Below, piece by piece: positions 1-9,673 of a stretch of DNA of 64,000 bases. The notes beneath the pieces are model-generated. The model was not told where the DNA came from. It did no database searches and saw nothing but the letters and a program-made list of their open reading frames with translations. The stretch spans positions 1,736,001 through 1,800,000 of the forward strand of contig JBNJNM010000015.1 in assembly GCA_052426225.1 (NCBI GenBank), read 5' to 3'. The position numbers and the translations under genes were made by a program. The DNA comes from Zancudomyces culisetae HAW-14-8 (taxonomy: Eukaryota > Fungi > Kickxellomycota). Numbering within the stretch: position 1 is the stretch's first letter; each line of letters begins with the position of its first letter.

Positions 1-1735
1 GAATGGCAGTTTCAATGGTAACAACGACATTGCATATAGCTCACAACAACAGAACCAACAACAGAACCAACAGCAGAACCAACAGCAGAACCAACAGCAG
101 AACCAACAACAGCAGCGTTATGTAGCTTCCGGTGCAGCTACAGCTGTTCCAGCTCTTTCCACATCACCCACAACTTCATTTTCCTTCCCACAAAGAAGCG
201 AAATTCTCCATCCATTGCTTCAATCCAAATCTGAATTTCCACCTGCGCTGGATCACAATGGTCCATTTTCCCCTAACCTTCTGGAACCAAAACATTATGT
301 TGGCTCTTATTCTTACCAGAAATTAGCTTTCTACCCACCTGTACCACCAACACAGATAGCCAATGCTCTTTACTCCAATCCAATTAGCACCAACAAAACC
401 ACGGGGATACCCACAAATACTTCACCGACCATTCATTCAGCACCTTCAGCGTCAACATCAGTTCCTGCCACCAGCACTACTACATCTGCTAGTGGCTCTA
501 GCCCCAACTTTAGCTCTAAAAGAGACATAGCAACAAAAGCCACCACAGCTGCTATACCTGGTGGTGAAAACACACTTATCACTACTTCATTAGCAACGTC
601 GGTAGCTCCAGAATCTGCACCATCTCCGACTTCACCATCCACACCCTCACCATTTGCTGGTCAACAACAGACTGTTCGTAGTGTCCTACTTGAAGATTTT
701 CGAAACAATAAAGCCAAGAAATATGAGCTTTCAGATATCAAGGGCTATATAGCCGAGTTTTCCAACGACCAACACGGCTCAAGATTTATCCAGCAGAAAC
801 TCGAGACTGCAACCGATGAGGAAAAGGATCTGGTGTTTCAAGAAATCCATTCAACTGCACTGGGGCTAATGACTGATGTCTTTGGAAACTATGTAATTCA
901 AAAGCTATTTGATTTTGGAAATTCCTCCCACCGAATTGCGTTGGCTCTCGCTATGAAGGGAAGCATTTTGACCTTGTCTCTCCAGATGTATGGCTGCCGC
1001 GTAGTCCAAAAGGCTCTGGAACATGTTCCTGAAGACGTCCAATTTTCACTCATTAAGGAGCTCGACGGTCATATCCTAAAATGTGTCCGCGACCAGAACT
1101 GCAACCATGTTATTCAAAAAACCATTGAAACTATACCCGAGTCACGCCTCGGTTTTATCATTAGGTCATTTAACGGTCAAGTATTTCAGCTTGCCACACA
1201 TCCATACGGTTGTCGTGTCATCCAGCGCCTGTTTGAGCGCTGTTCAGCAGCAAAAACCAGGCCCTTGCTGGACGAAATTCACAAATTCACATCTAGTTTG
1301 GTTCAAGACCAATATGGAAACTATGTCATTCAACACATTTTAGAACATGGTCAGGCTGCCGACAGATCCAAAATTATTGAAATGGTTCGGGGTCGAGTTA
1401 TCCAGCTCAGCAAGCACAAGTTTGCAAGTAATGTGGTTGAAAAGTGCATTTCCTTCGGCACTCCTGCTCAGCGCAAGTGTCTAATCGATGAAGTCATATT
1501 CTATGGAAGCACCGGCGAGTCGTCACCTAACCCTTCTGCAAACACCTCTTCAGGTCTTGTGATGATGATGAGGGATCAGTACGCCAACTATGTTGTCCAG
1601 AAAATGCTTGACGTTGTTGATGGCGATCAACGTAATTTCTTACTGGGCAAGATCCAGCCGCATCTGCCATCTCTCAAGAAATTTACCTATGGCAAACACC
1701 TTATTAATAAGGTTGACTCTTTACTTTATAAATAG
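1..1735 (+). CDS. PUF3: Pumilio/PUF RNA-binding protein (Puf3/Pum type), 5' partial
   Basis: Frame is open from base 2 ([13 protein letters not shown] repeats) into ORF 215..1735. Eight PUF repeats carry recognition motifs SRFIQ, NYVIQ, CRVVQ, NHVIQ, CRVIQ, NYVIQ, SNVVE, NYVVQ, the canonical UGUAnAUA code. Ends KKFTYGKHL. Confidence 0.95.
   Translation, partial: NGSFNGNNDIAYSSQQQNQQQNQQQNQQQNQQQNQQQQRYVASGAATAVPALSTSPTTSFSFPQRSEILHPLLQSKSEFPPALDHNGPFSPNLLEPKHYVGSYSYQKLAFYPPVPPTQIANALYSNPISTNKTTGIPTNTSPTIHSAPSASTSVPATSTTTSASGSSPNFSSKRDIATKATTAAIPGGENTLITTSLATSVAPESAPSPTSPSTPSPFAGQQQTVRSVLLEDFRNNKAKKYELSDIKGYIAEFSNDQHGSRFIQQKLETATDEEKDLVFQEIHSTALGLMTDVFGNYVIQKLFDFGNSSHRIALALAMKGSILTLSLQMYGCRVVQKALEHVPEDVQFSLIKELDGHILKCVRDQNCNHVIQKTIETIPESRLGFIIRSFNGQVFQLATHPYGCRVIQRLFERCSAAKTRPLLDEIHKFTSSLVQDQYGNYVIQHILEHGQAADRSKIIEMVRGRVIQLSKHKFASNVVEKCISFGTPAQRKCLIDEVIFYGSTGESSPNPSANTSSGLVMMMRDQYANYVVQKMLDVVDGDQRNFLLGKIQPHLPSLKKFTYGKHLINKVDSLLYK
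44..116 (+). repeat. 12-bp coding tandem repeat (QQQN)n in the PUF N-terminus
   Basis: caacagcagaac-type units repeated about 6 times. Confidence 0.85.
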
Positions 1736-1840
1736 TTCTTTTTAGTCTCTTTAACCTTTTTAATGCTTATCAATTTTTACGCTTTACTCTTATTCCTTTT
1801 ATCGCTATAAACTCTATATTTTATTTATTTGCAACTAAAA

Positions 1841-1850
1841 CATGTATATA
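1841..1850 (+). promoter_or_regulatory. Candidate Puf3/Pumilio response element in the PUF gene's own 3' UTR
   Basis: CATGTATATA = CnUGUAnAUA, about 105 nt after the stop. Confidence 0.45.
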
Positions 1851-3165
1851 TGACTTCTTACTTTTTATCATATCTATATTTTAATATGTCTTTGTTTTTT
1901 AATCTGAACTTTGAATAGTGTAGTAATATACATTTCGAAACAAATTAAATTCTGCTACATTCATTATACTGTTATGTATTTGTATCTTGTTGTTTGAGTA
2001 TAAATGAGATGATTGTCGAAATATTTTTGTTCTTTAATCCAAACTGTACCACAATAGTGGTGGGTGAAAAGTGGATAGGGTATTTGGGTTTAGTTATTGG
2101 AATAAATAGTCATACCAGTAAAAAAAAAGAACGATAAACTCGGCTCAGAGTATATTTACGCAAAACGCATCCAGTATCGTTATTTACAGCTCTGTTAATG
2201 AGCATACATCAAAATTTATTTTATCCTTAAATCACTTATACTTGATTAATAACGAAAACTGTAGTAATGATATAATAACAACGTCTATTCAGAACTTGAC
2301 AAAAAAACATTTGTTTAAAAACATATTGAGCTTTTTTAGGTTCCTAATTCTTTAATACGTTATAGCTATAAACATTTCTAAGCCTCGACTTGCCAGATTA
2401 GTAAAAACCCCACGATTTTAATATTTTGTACCTACCCACCATATACTCAGGATGTACTACATCCTACAAATACCAAAAAAAAAATAAAGGTAAAATGGTG
2501 TTTGCTAAAATATGGTGCGTTCCAGATCGAATAAATAGCATTATAGCATCCAGTAGTTCTTAATATAATAACAATAATTCAAAAGCCCTCAAAAGGGAAA
2601 AAAGAAGAGATTAAATAAAAATACCAGTGTTCAAGGTTCTTTGGAGCATTTTGGTTCTGATTTCTTTATAATAGAATTAACCTCCACAGTAGATATATTC
2701 CCACATACACACACAAAAAATAATTAAAAAGAGAAATAGGAGACTCTACCAGAATCTCGCAATGTTTTCATAAACTACCAAGACTTACTTTTCTTTTAAA
2801 TTGAACACGAACTAGCCCGGCTTTGTTTTCCAGTAATAAATATAACCATGTTCTTTTTAAATAAAAAAATACTAGATGTTATTAATGTAGAATATGTGTT
2901 CTCCAATACAATGTAATACACTTTTGTTATTTGTACAAGATGCCACATTGACTTTTAAGCTCATTAATGCTGGTCTGGCCTCATGCAAATTATGGTCTTT
3001 GAGTTGTACCATATCACCATATTTTATATTTATGTTGTATGGTATCATTCTATCGAAAAAGGTATTCAATTATCAACAATAGTCTGGATACTCGATATAT
3101 TAATCTCTTGTTTTTTTATAAATAAAATATGCTAATAACTCCAAACCATTCCCTTCACCCTTTTC

Positions 3166-3177
3166 AAAAGTATATAA
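3166..3177 (+). promoter_or_regulatory. TATA box (AAAAGTATATAA) upstream of the small secreted protein gene
   Basis: About 95 nt before ATG 3270. The same 12-mer lies on the minus strand at 5385-5396, upstream of the trypsin homolog. Confidence 0.5.
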
Positions 3178-3269
3178 GGGTTAGGTTTTTTTTTCCATTC
3201 AGTTTATAAATAAAACGTTGTTCACAAACATCATTCCAAAAGGAAAAAAAAGCAAAAACAGTAGCCAAA

Positions 3270-3782
3270 ATGTTCAAGTCAGCCTAAATTAGTGCCTTAC
3301 TCCTCAGTTGTACTTTGGCCAGTGTGGTGAACATCCGCAATTCCGAACAGAATCATAAAAATAATATTGCTAGTTCTAAAAACAACAAGGTTGCTGGTTC
3401 TCAATTAAATAACATCACTGGTTCTCGATACAACAAGATTGCTAGTTCTGAGTTCAATGATATGTGTCACCATCATCGCTGTAGATGTATTAAAACTACT
3501 GTTAGGTTGTACAAGTCTCCGAAATTTAGTAGAAGATATGCTAAGCGCAGCATTAGATTTGGAAAGTGCTACAACACAAGAAAGTTTGGATCAATCAAGC
3601 TCGGAAGAAAGAGCGGGTTGAACAAACCAGGAATGGGAGTTATTATGGTCTGTGGAGGAAAGGACTGTACCGGTAGATACCAAGTGGTCCGTAGATCATC
3701 ATCTAAGACCATCAGAAATATACCCAAAGTTGTAGGAGGAAGAGCTGTCTCATTTGCTTGGCTCATGGTTGTAAGAACCTAA
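3270..3782 (+). pseudogene. Small secreted basic Cys-containing protein (beta/gamma-crystallin-like pattern) with an in-frame stop at codon 6; pseudogene or base-call error
   Basis: ATG 3270 is in frame with ORF 3315..3782: MFKSA*ISALLLSCTLA is a signal peptide broken by TAA 3285-3287. It is followed by 8-aa repeats (NNIASSKN/NKVAGSQL/NNITGSRY/NKIASSEF) and VRLYKSPKF..GKCYN..SI..VCGGKDCTG..AVSFAW. Confidence 0.6.
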
Positions 3783-4199
3783 GTTCTAGGTTTTAGATCT
3801 TTACCCTTTTAAATAATGTGTTAGATGCACTCTTTAGATCTTAATTTTTTCTAATAGTAATATTATTGAACAACATAAACTTTAAATAAAATAACAATAC
3901 TATCATACTTGATATCCTCCCTCTCTATTCTCTGTTTTTTCTTTTCTATTCCTTAGCTTATAATTAATATTTTTGGCTTGTAGCCTGTCCTCTCTTAGTA
4001 TCTATGCAGTTTTTAATATTATTTTCACAGTTTAAAATATTTTTTGTGTGAATATTTATGCTCTACAAACAGCAAATATCAAGCTACGTGTATTTTACTG
4101 GTTTATTAAAGTTTCAAGATTATCATCTTGATGGATAGCTTTAAAAATCATAAACAATTTAGTTCGTAAATACAAGCTCCTTGTTAAACAGAAAAGCAC

Positions 4200-5228
4200 T
4201 TAAGCAAATATATTTATGCTAAAAATAAAAGTGGCAAGCGTGGCTCCAAGGGAAAGTAGAATAAACATGTCAAGTGATATCTTATGTGACAATGACGATG
4301 ATGGTGGTGATGGTGGTACACCTGCTATGAGCTTGTCCTCACTTATTCCGGTTTTTTCTGATATCCAACGAATGTAGTGGTATACATTCGTATAATAAGT
4401 AGGTAACCCATTTGTTGCGCATTTTTTATTATCCTTATCAAGCCCAGGAAAGCTTGCAATACCAACAACTACGTCAACACCGTCGGTTTTGTACACCAAT
4501 GGGCCACCTTGATCACCCATACATGCGTTTTGATTTCCTTCAGTTACTGTACAAATTTGACTCTTATCATTCCAAAGGGTGTTATATTGTTTGCATACAT
4601 CTGCAGTTGAAATTTTTACCGGTGCCTGTAATAAATCTTCAGAAGGGGTGTTTAAAAGTTCTGAGCCTTTATTTCCCCAACCTGCTACTTTCACGTTCAT
4701 GTCGGTGGTTACCTTGCCAGGATATATTTTGGCAAATTTTGCACCCGAATCCTTAACTTTTTCTTTCAAAAAAATCAATGCGAGATTATTACTAATCCCT
4801 TTTATCAAACCATTATTCTCATCAGGATCAAAGTCAAATTCGGGAATCACTATTTTTTCTCTGTATTGAATAGACCTACTTTTGATGTGGCCTATTATCT
4901 TTTCACTTCCAACTGATACATGAATATCAGTAATCTCGTCTATTTTATGAAGGTGGTTATAAAGGCAGTTTGCTGCAGTCAGCACAACTTCATCTGATAA
5001 TAGCACGCCTGTACAAAAGGTTGTAACGTCTTGATTGTCTATTTTTTTATTTGTACTAACACGTATACTCACAGCAAATGGAAAATCAGCAAAGTTGGCA
5101 ACAGATCCTCCTGTTACTCTTCGAGTTAGTCCTCTTCCAAATATCTGGCTACTGGGTCCTGGAGACGCTGGTTTCACTCTGGTACTAAGTAAACAAAGTG
5201 CAACACTGGCAATGCTTATGAATCTCAT
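4200..5228 (-). CDS. Trypsin-family (S1A) serine protease homolog, catalytically inactive; signal peptide and probable GPI/TM tail
   Basis: Start MRFISIASVALCLLS at 5228; activation-like RR|VTGG; CTGVLL, LTAANC, NNLALI, VAGWG, ACMGDQGGPL, YTNV..Y..WI; hydrophobic C-terminus after a P/S linker. Confidence 0.88.
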   Translation of the reverse strand: MRFISIASVALCLLSTRVKPASPGPSSQIFGRGLTRRVTGGSVANFADFPFAVSIRVSTNKKIDNQDVTTFCTGVLLSDEVVLTAANCLYNHLHKIDEITDIHVSVGSEKIIGHIKSRSIQYREKIVIPEFDFDPDENNGLIKGISNNLALIFLKEKVKDSGAKFAKIYPGKVTTDMNVKVAGWGNKGSELLNTPSEDLLQAPVKISTADVCKQYNTLWNDKSQICTVTEGNQNACMGDQGGPLVYKTDGVDVVVGIASFPGLDKDNKKCATNGLPTYYTNVYHYIRWISEKTGISEDKLIAGVPPSPPSSSLSHKISLDMFILLSLGATLATFIFSINIFA

Positions 5229-5384
5229 TATTGATAAAAAGTTTTTCCAAGAAGGTTTTTCACACTGTTTATTCTTATTTCTTGTATTTAACTGTTGAGT
5301 TTCTTTAACGAAAGCGAATTTTAGAATTAGGAACAAAACTAAATGTACTGGTGGTAGTGGTAAATTGGTGAGTGGGGAAGACCT

Positions 5385-5396
5385 TTATATACTTTT
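5385..5396 (-). promoter_or_regulatory. TATA box upstream of the trypsin homolog
   Basis: AAAAGTATATAA on the minus strand about 160 nt before ATG 5228. Confidence 0.45.
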
Positions 5397-5400
5397 CAGA

Positions 5401-5442
5401 ATGAAACTGATGAAACTGATGAAACTGATGAAACTGATGAAA
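5401..5442. repeat. 9-bp tandem repeat (ATGAAACTG) x4.5
   Basis: atgaaactgatgaaactgatgaaactgatgaaactgatgaaa. Confidence 0.9.
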
Positions 5443-6596
5443 GCGGATACTTTTTCCGTTTTGATGGCATATGTTGAAAATATATAATTATTGTATATGA
5501 AAAAGTATGCTAGGGGATGTAGTAGCAAAGTGGGTCTTTAGTATGAATAGTTACACGTTTAGTACCAAGATGCGTTAACTTTAAGCATAATTTATAAAAA
5601 ACGGAGCAATAAACAAACATGCAACTTTGATGTACAAATTATGGCAAATATAACTAAACGGATATCTTTGGAGTAGTAGTGTTTAGTTTTGTTATACTAT
5701 TATTCTTTCTCCAACATATTTTCACGAAAAACGACCCAAACTATGTTTTTTTCGAATGTGTAGACAAAGTACTAATAAATCGGTACAAAGCACAGTTTTA
5801 TTAGCTCATATTGCTTTGAAAACCCCTATGAACAAGGTTTGGGTAATGGGTATTTAAACAAATTTTCAGTTGCAACGCCGGGTAATTGAACAGAAAATGT
5901 GCCTTTCATAAAGCGAACTACAATATTGTCTTTTGAGTTCTTATTTTGCTGTATTTCGCTTATTCGAATTATATAGGAAGATCCCAGGTTTTTATGATTC
6001 GAGTAGAATTTTTCTCCTACAGGCTGTGGTTTGCTTTATTTTCAAATATAGGTCGATTTGGAACCTAAGAAAAAATAGTACATTTTACAACAGAGGTTTT
6101 TTGTCAGGTTTTAAATATCATATTGTTATTATAGAATTAGCATAGTTTTCGTCATTAATCAAGTGTTAGTGATATAACTATAAAAATTATTTTGATGTAC
6201 ACAAATTAACGGAGCCACTCATAGCACCTTGCACATAACTAAATAAACAAGTGAAAATACCAAAGAAAAAACCGAGTAAATTAATTTTGCAGTTCACCCG
6301 GCATTATTAATGGAATGAGGGAACATTAGGGGGTGTATACTGGGGGGGGGGGTGTTCTCATGCTTTAATCGTAGGAAAATGTACGTTCTTTCATTTGACG
6401 AGCCAATATTATTTTTCATGTGTTTTAATTAAAAGTAAATTTTGTATCTACAGCTGCAGTCCTGAAGTGGAGCTATTTCATTTCTTAACATCTATTTTCC
6501 TTTTTTGTGTTTCTTTTTTTATTTAGTTTACCAAACAAATAATATACCACAGCTTCAAGCAAAACAATCGGTTGAAAAAATAAAACGTAGGAAAAT

Positions 6597-8329
6597 ATGG
6601 CTGCTAATATTCGTGGTAAGTGATATCAATACAGCAATTGGAAAAAAAACGAAAAAAATGGCACGATACTATTTAGGGAGAGGGGGAGGATGATACAGAA
6701 ACCTGTTTTTTTTATTTTCAGGTTCCTTTTTTGCTTTATGTTTTAGGCTGGTTGTACACGTGAAAAATAATCATGTTTGAAAGCAACATTTAAGAAGCAA
6801 AATAAAACCGATGGAAAATAGAAAAAAAAGCGAGAAAAGCAACTTTAAATACCATAGGTTTATCAAAGCTTGCGTTGTGTTGTATTTTAATTCATCACTT
6901 ACTAGATTAACTTTTAGCCAAGAGGGTCATCAAACTTGATATTATTATCATTAATCGGACAAATACTACTAAATAAGAATCTATAAGCAAGAGTTTGCAC
7001 CATTTACAAAAGATAGGTTAGAGGACGTAAAGTGGTACACGTCGTAAAAAATATTCAACAAGTTAACAATAAACCAAAACCCATATCTTGAATCAAATAG
7101 GAATGGTGCTCCAAGTCCACAAGCCAAAAATAGGCCAAAAACACCCAGACGATGTAGTTATTGTCTGTGCTGTAAGAACAGCCATCACAAAAGCTTATCG
7201 CGGCGGATTTAAAGACACAAAACCAGAACGACTACTTACCGAGGTACTCAAGGCAGTAATTGATAGAACAAAGTTGGAGCCTGCGTTGGTAGACGATGTT
7301 GTGGTAGGAACTGTGTGTTCACCTGGTGCTGGTGCTGGACTAAGTAGAATGGCCGTACTGAGTGCTGGGCTTCCCGAGCGTTGTTCAGTAATGTCTGTAA
7401 ACAGACAGTGTTCCAGTGGGTTGCAGGCTGTCTGTACCATAGCCTCAGAAATAAGCAATGGAATGATAGATATCGGTATTGGTGCGGGTATGGAAAGTAT
7501 GACACATTATTACAATACCAAAGATAACCCGTTGCTCCCAACTCGGATCGACCAGAATTTTATGGAAGATGGTCCCGATTGTATCGCAGAGTGTCTGATA
7601 CCTATGGGTATTACTTCTGACAATGTCGCTAGAGACTTTGGAGTTACTCGCTACAGACAAGATCTGCTTAGTGTTCGATCGCACAGAAATGCAGCATATG
7701 CCCAGAAAAGTGGCCATTTTACCAAAGAAATAGTGCCTGTAGCCGTCGATTTTGTCGAAAAGGATGGAAGTGTAACCAAGAAAATAATCAGCGAGGATGA
7801 CGGAATCCGTACTGGAACAACACTCGAAACGCTTGCTAAGCTCAAGGCTGTCTTTGGCGATGATGGAACAACAACAGCAGGAAACGCCTCACAAATATCC
7901 GATGGCGCGGCAGCAGTGTTGCTTATGAAACGCAAAACAGCTATTGAGCTGGGGTTACCCATTATGGGAAAGTACATAGCCAATGCAGTGGTCGGTGTTC
8001 CTCCGCGCGTGATGGGAATTGGACCAGCATTTGCCATTCCAGCAGCAGCGAAAAAAGCCAACATCAAGATCAGCGATATAGACATTCTCGAATTGAACGA
8101 GGCATTTGCTTCTCAGGCCTCGTATTGCATCGAAAAAATACAAATAGATGCCAGCAAGGTCAACCCTAGCGGAGGTGCGATTGCTCTGGGTCATCCGTTG
8201 GGCTGCACAGGTGCCAGACAGATAGCTACGCTTATGCATGCTCTTAAGAGACAGAGCAAGCATATTGGTGCAGTTTCTATGTGTATGGGCACTGGTATGG
8301 GAATGTGCGCAATTTTTGAAAGCGAATAG
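6597..8329 (+). CDS. POT1: 3-ketoacyl-CoA thiolase, peroxisomal type. Main exon 7101-8329; probable upstream exons 6597-6615 and 6978-7016
   Basis: NRQCSSGLQ (catalytic Cys), NEAFA, GHPLGCTG (His), CMGTGMG (second Cys). Phase-1 compatible GTAAGT/GTTAGA donors and AG acceptors give MAANIRESISKSLHHLQKIGMVLQ; the upstream exons are less certain. Confidence 0.92.
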
Positions 8330-8387
8330 TAGCATGGTGAGAATGGAATAACTGAGTCTTTTTTTCTCTCTCTGGTGTTCCGGTCTG

Positions 8388-8389
<2 letters not shown>

Positions 8390-8440
<51 letters not shown>
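8390..8440. repeat. (ATT)n microsatellite, about 17 units, in the thiolase 3' region
   Basis: attattatt... run. Confidence 0.95.
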
Positions 8441-9146
8441 TTACCTGGTTGGTTTAGTATTTTTAAATTTGCTTTATTAATAAAACAATATATACATTTT
8501 GTCGCAACGGTGCATAATGGAGTTAATTATTTGAATGTTATTACACAACATTTGGTGGTAGACAAGATGGGTTACATGAGTTATAGCAAACTGGTTTCAA
8601 AGATTGAGTTCAAAAAGTATATGAACTGGACCATGTTTGTTTGTGCAGATACAAATAAACCTTTTTTTGATATATACATCCATAACACTCATAGTCACTT
8701 ATATGTGCTGAACATATACCCAAAAGTAAAGAATAATACAAGTAAAATAGGAAGCTGGATATATTTTCACCTACTAATACACATGAGTTTAAAATCCCAA
8801 GAGCTTATTTTTATTTTTTTTATCAATCTTTACTCGCTTATAAACCAAGTAAAAGAGGTAATTGGACCATTATATGCTGATAATTCCAATTATAACAGTT
8901 ATTATTTTTAGTCATTCTCCGTTTCCACCAGGGATTTGCTGCTGAGTACAGGAAATAATGGGCAAATCTCAACCGACCATTTTCAATCCAGAAAAACATT
9001 CTTCACATTATTATTATTTATATTTATAAATCGTTTAAAAACAGTCAATATATATCAAATCTTTTCGATTAACTATTATATATTTACCTTTGATAATCAA
9101 ACAGACAAGTTGGACATTAAACAAATAGAATAATAGTATCCGGAAG

Positions 9147-9673
9147 ATGGTAAGTTAAAGTTATACTCACATTTTTGTTTGTAGGCGTTACAACTAGTAT
9201 ACCATTTTCTAAACACATTCGGCTTTATCGAATAGGCTCAAAGTCAGGAAAAAATAGTCGGTGCTGCCCTGTTAGGGATAGGCACAATTGTCTTTACTTA
9301 TTACACATTATGGACGCTCTTTTTGGTAAGTTTTTGGACAAACTCTTTAAATATTTTCTTTTTCACTTTAATGTTTTTTTTAATGTGGTTAACTTGTCAT
9401 AAGTCTAAGAGGTAAAATTACTCGATGCGATTGAAAAGAAGCAGAAATCGTATGTAGAAATAAGTGTACATGTATTTACGAGTGTTATATCTACAACTGT
9501 ATCAATAGCCTTTCATCGATAGCGATCATCCAATCCGCAATTTGTTCCCACCACAATGGTATGCCATTGCAATTCCCGTTTTTCTTCTAGTTGTCGGGTG
9601 CTGTGGTATATTTGGATTTATATCGATGGTCATGATCAAATCAGCCAAAAAAGATGCGAAAAAATCGACATAA
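9147..9673 (+). CDS. DPM2: Dolichol-phosphate mannosyltransferase regulatory subunit DPM2 (exons 9147-9149, 9236-9325, 9509-9673; 85 aa)
   Basis: Spliced product MAQSQEKIVGAALLGIGTIVFTYYTLWTLFLPFIDSDHPIRNLFPPQWYAIAIPVFLLVVGCCGIFGFISMVMIKSAKKDAKKST. The FTYYT.W...LPF.D..H motif and two TM helices match DPM2. Both introns are GTAAGT..TAG, phase 0. Confidence 0.92.

Noticed and set aside
5401-5442. Regular repeats considered as CRISPR-like
   Set aside because: Simple tandem repeat without spacers in a eukaryotic context
8375-8911. 178-aa ORF with poly-Ile
   Set aside because: Poly-Ile comes from the (ATT)n microsatellite; GTG start, no recognisable motifs
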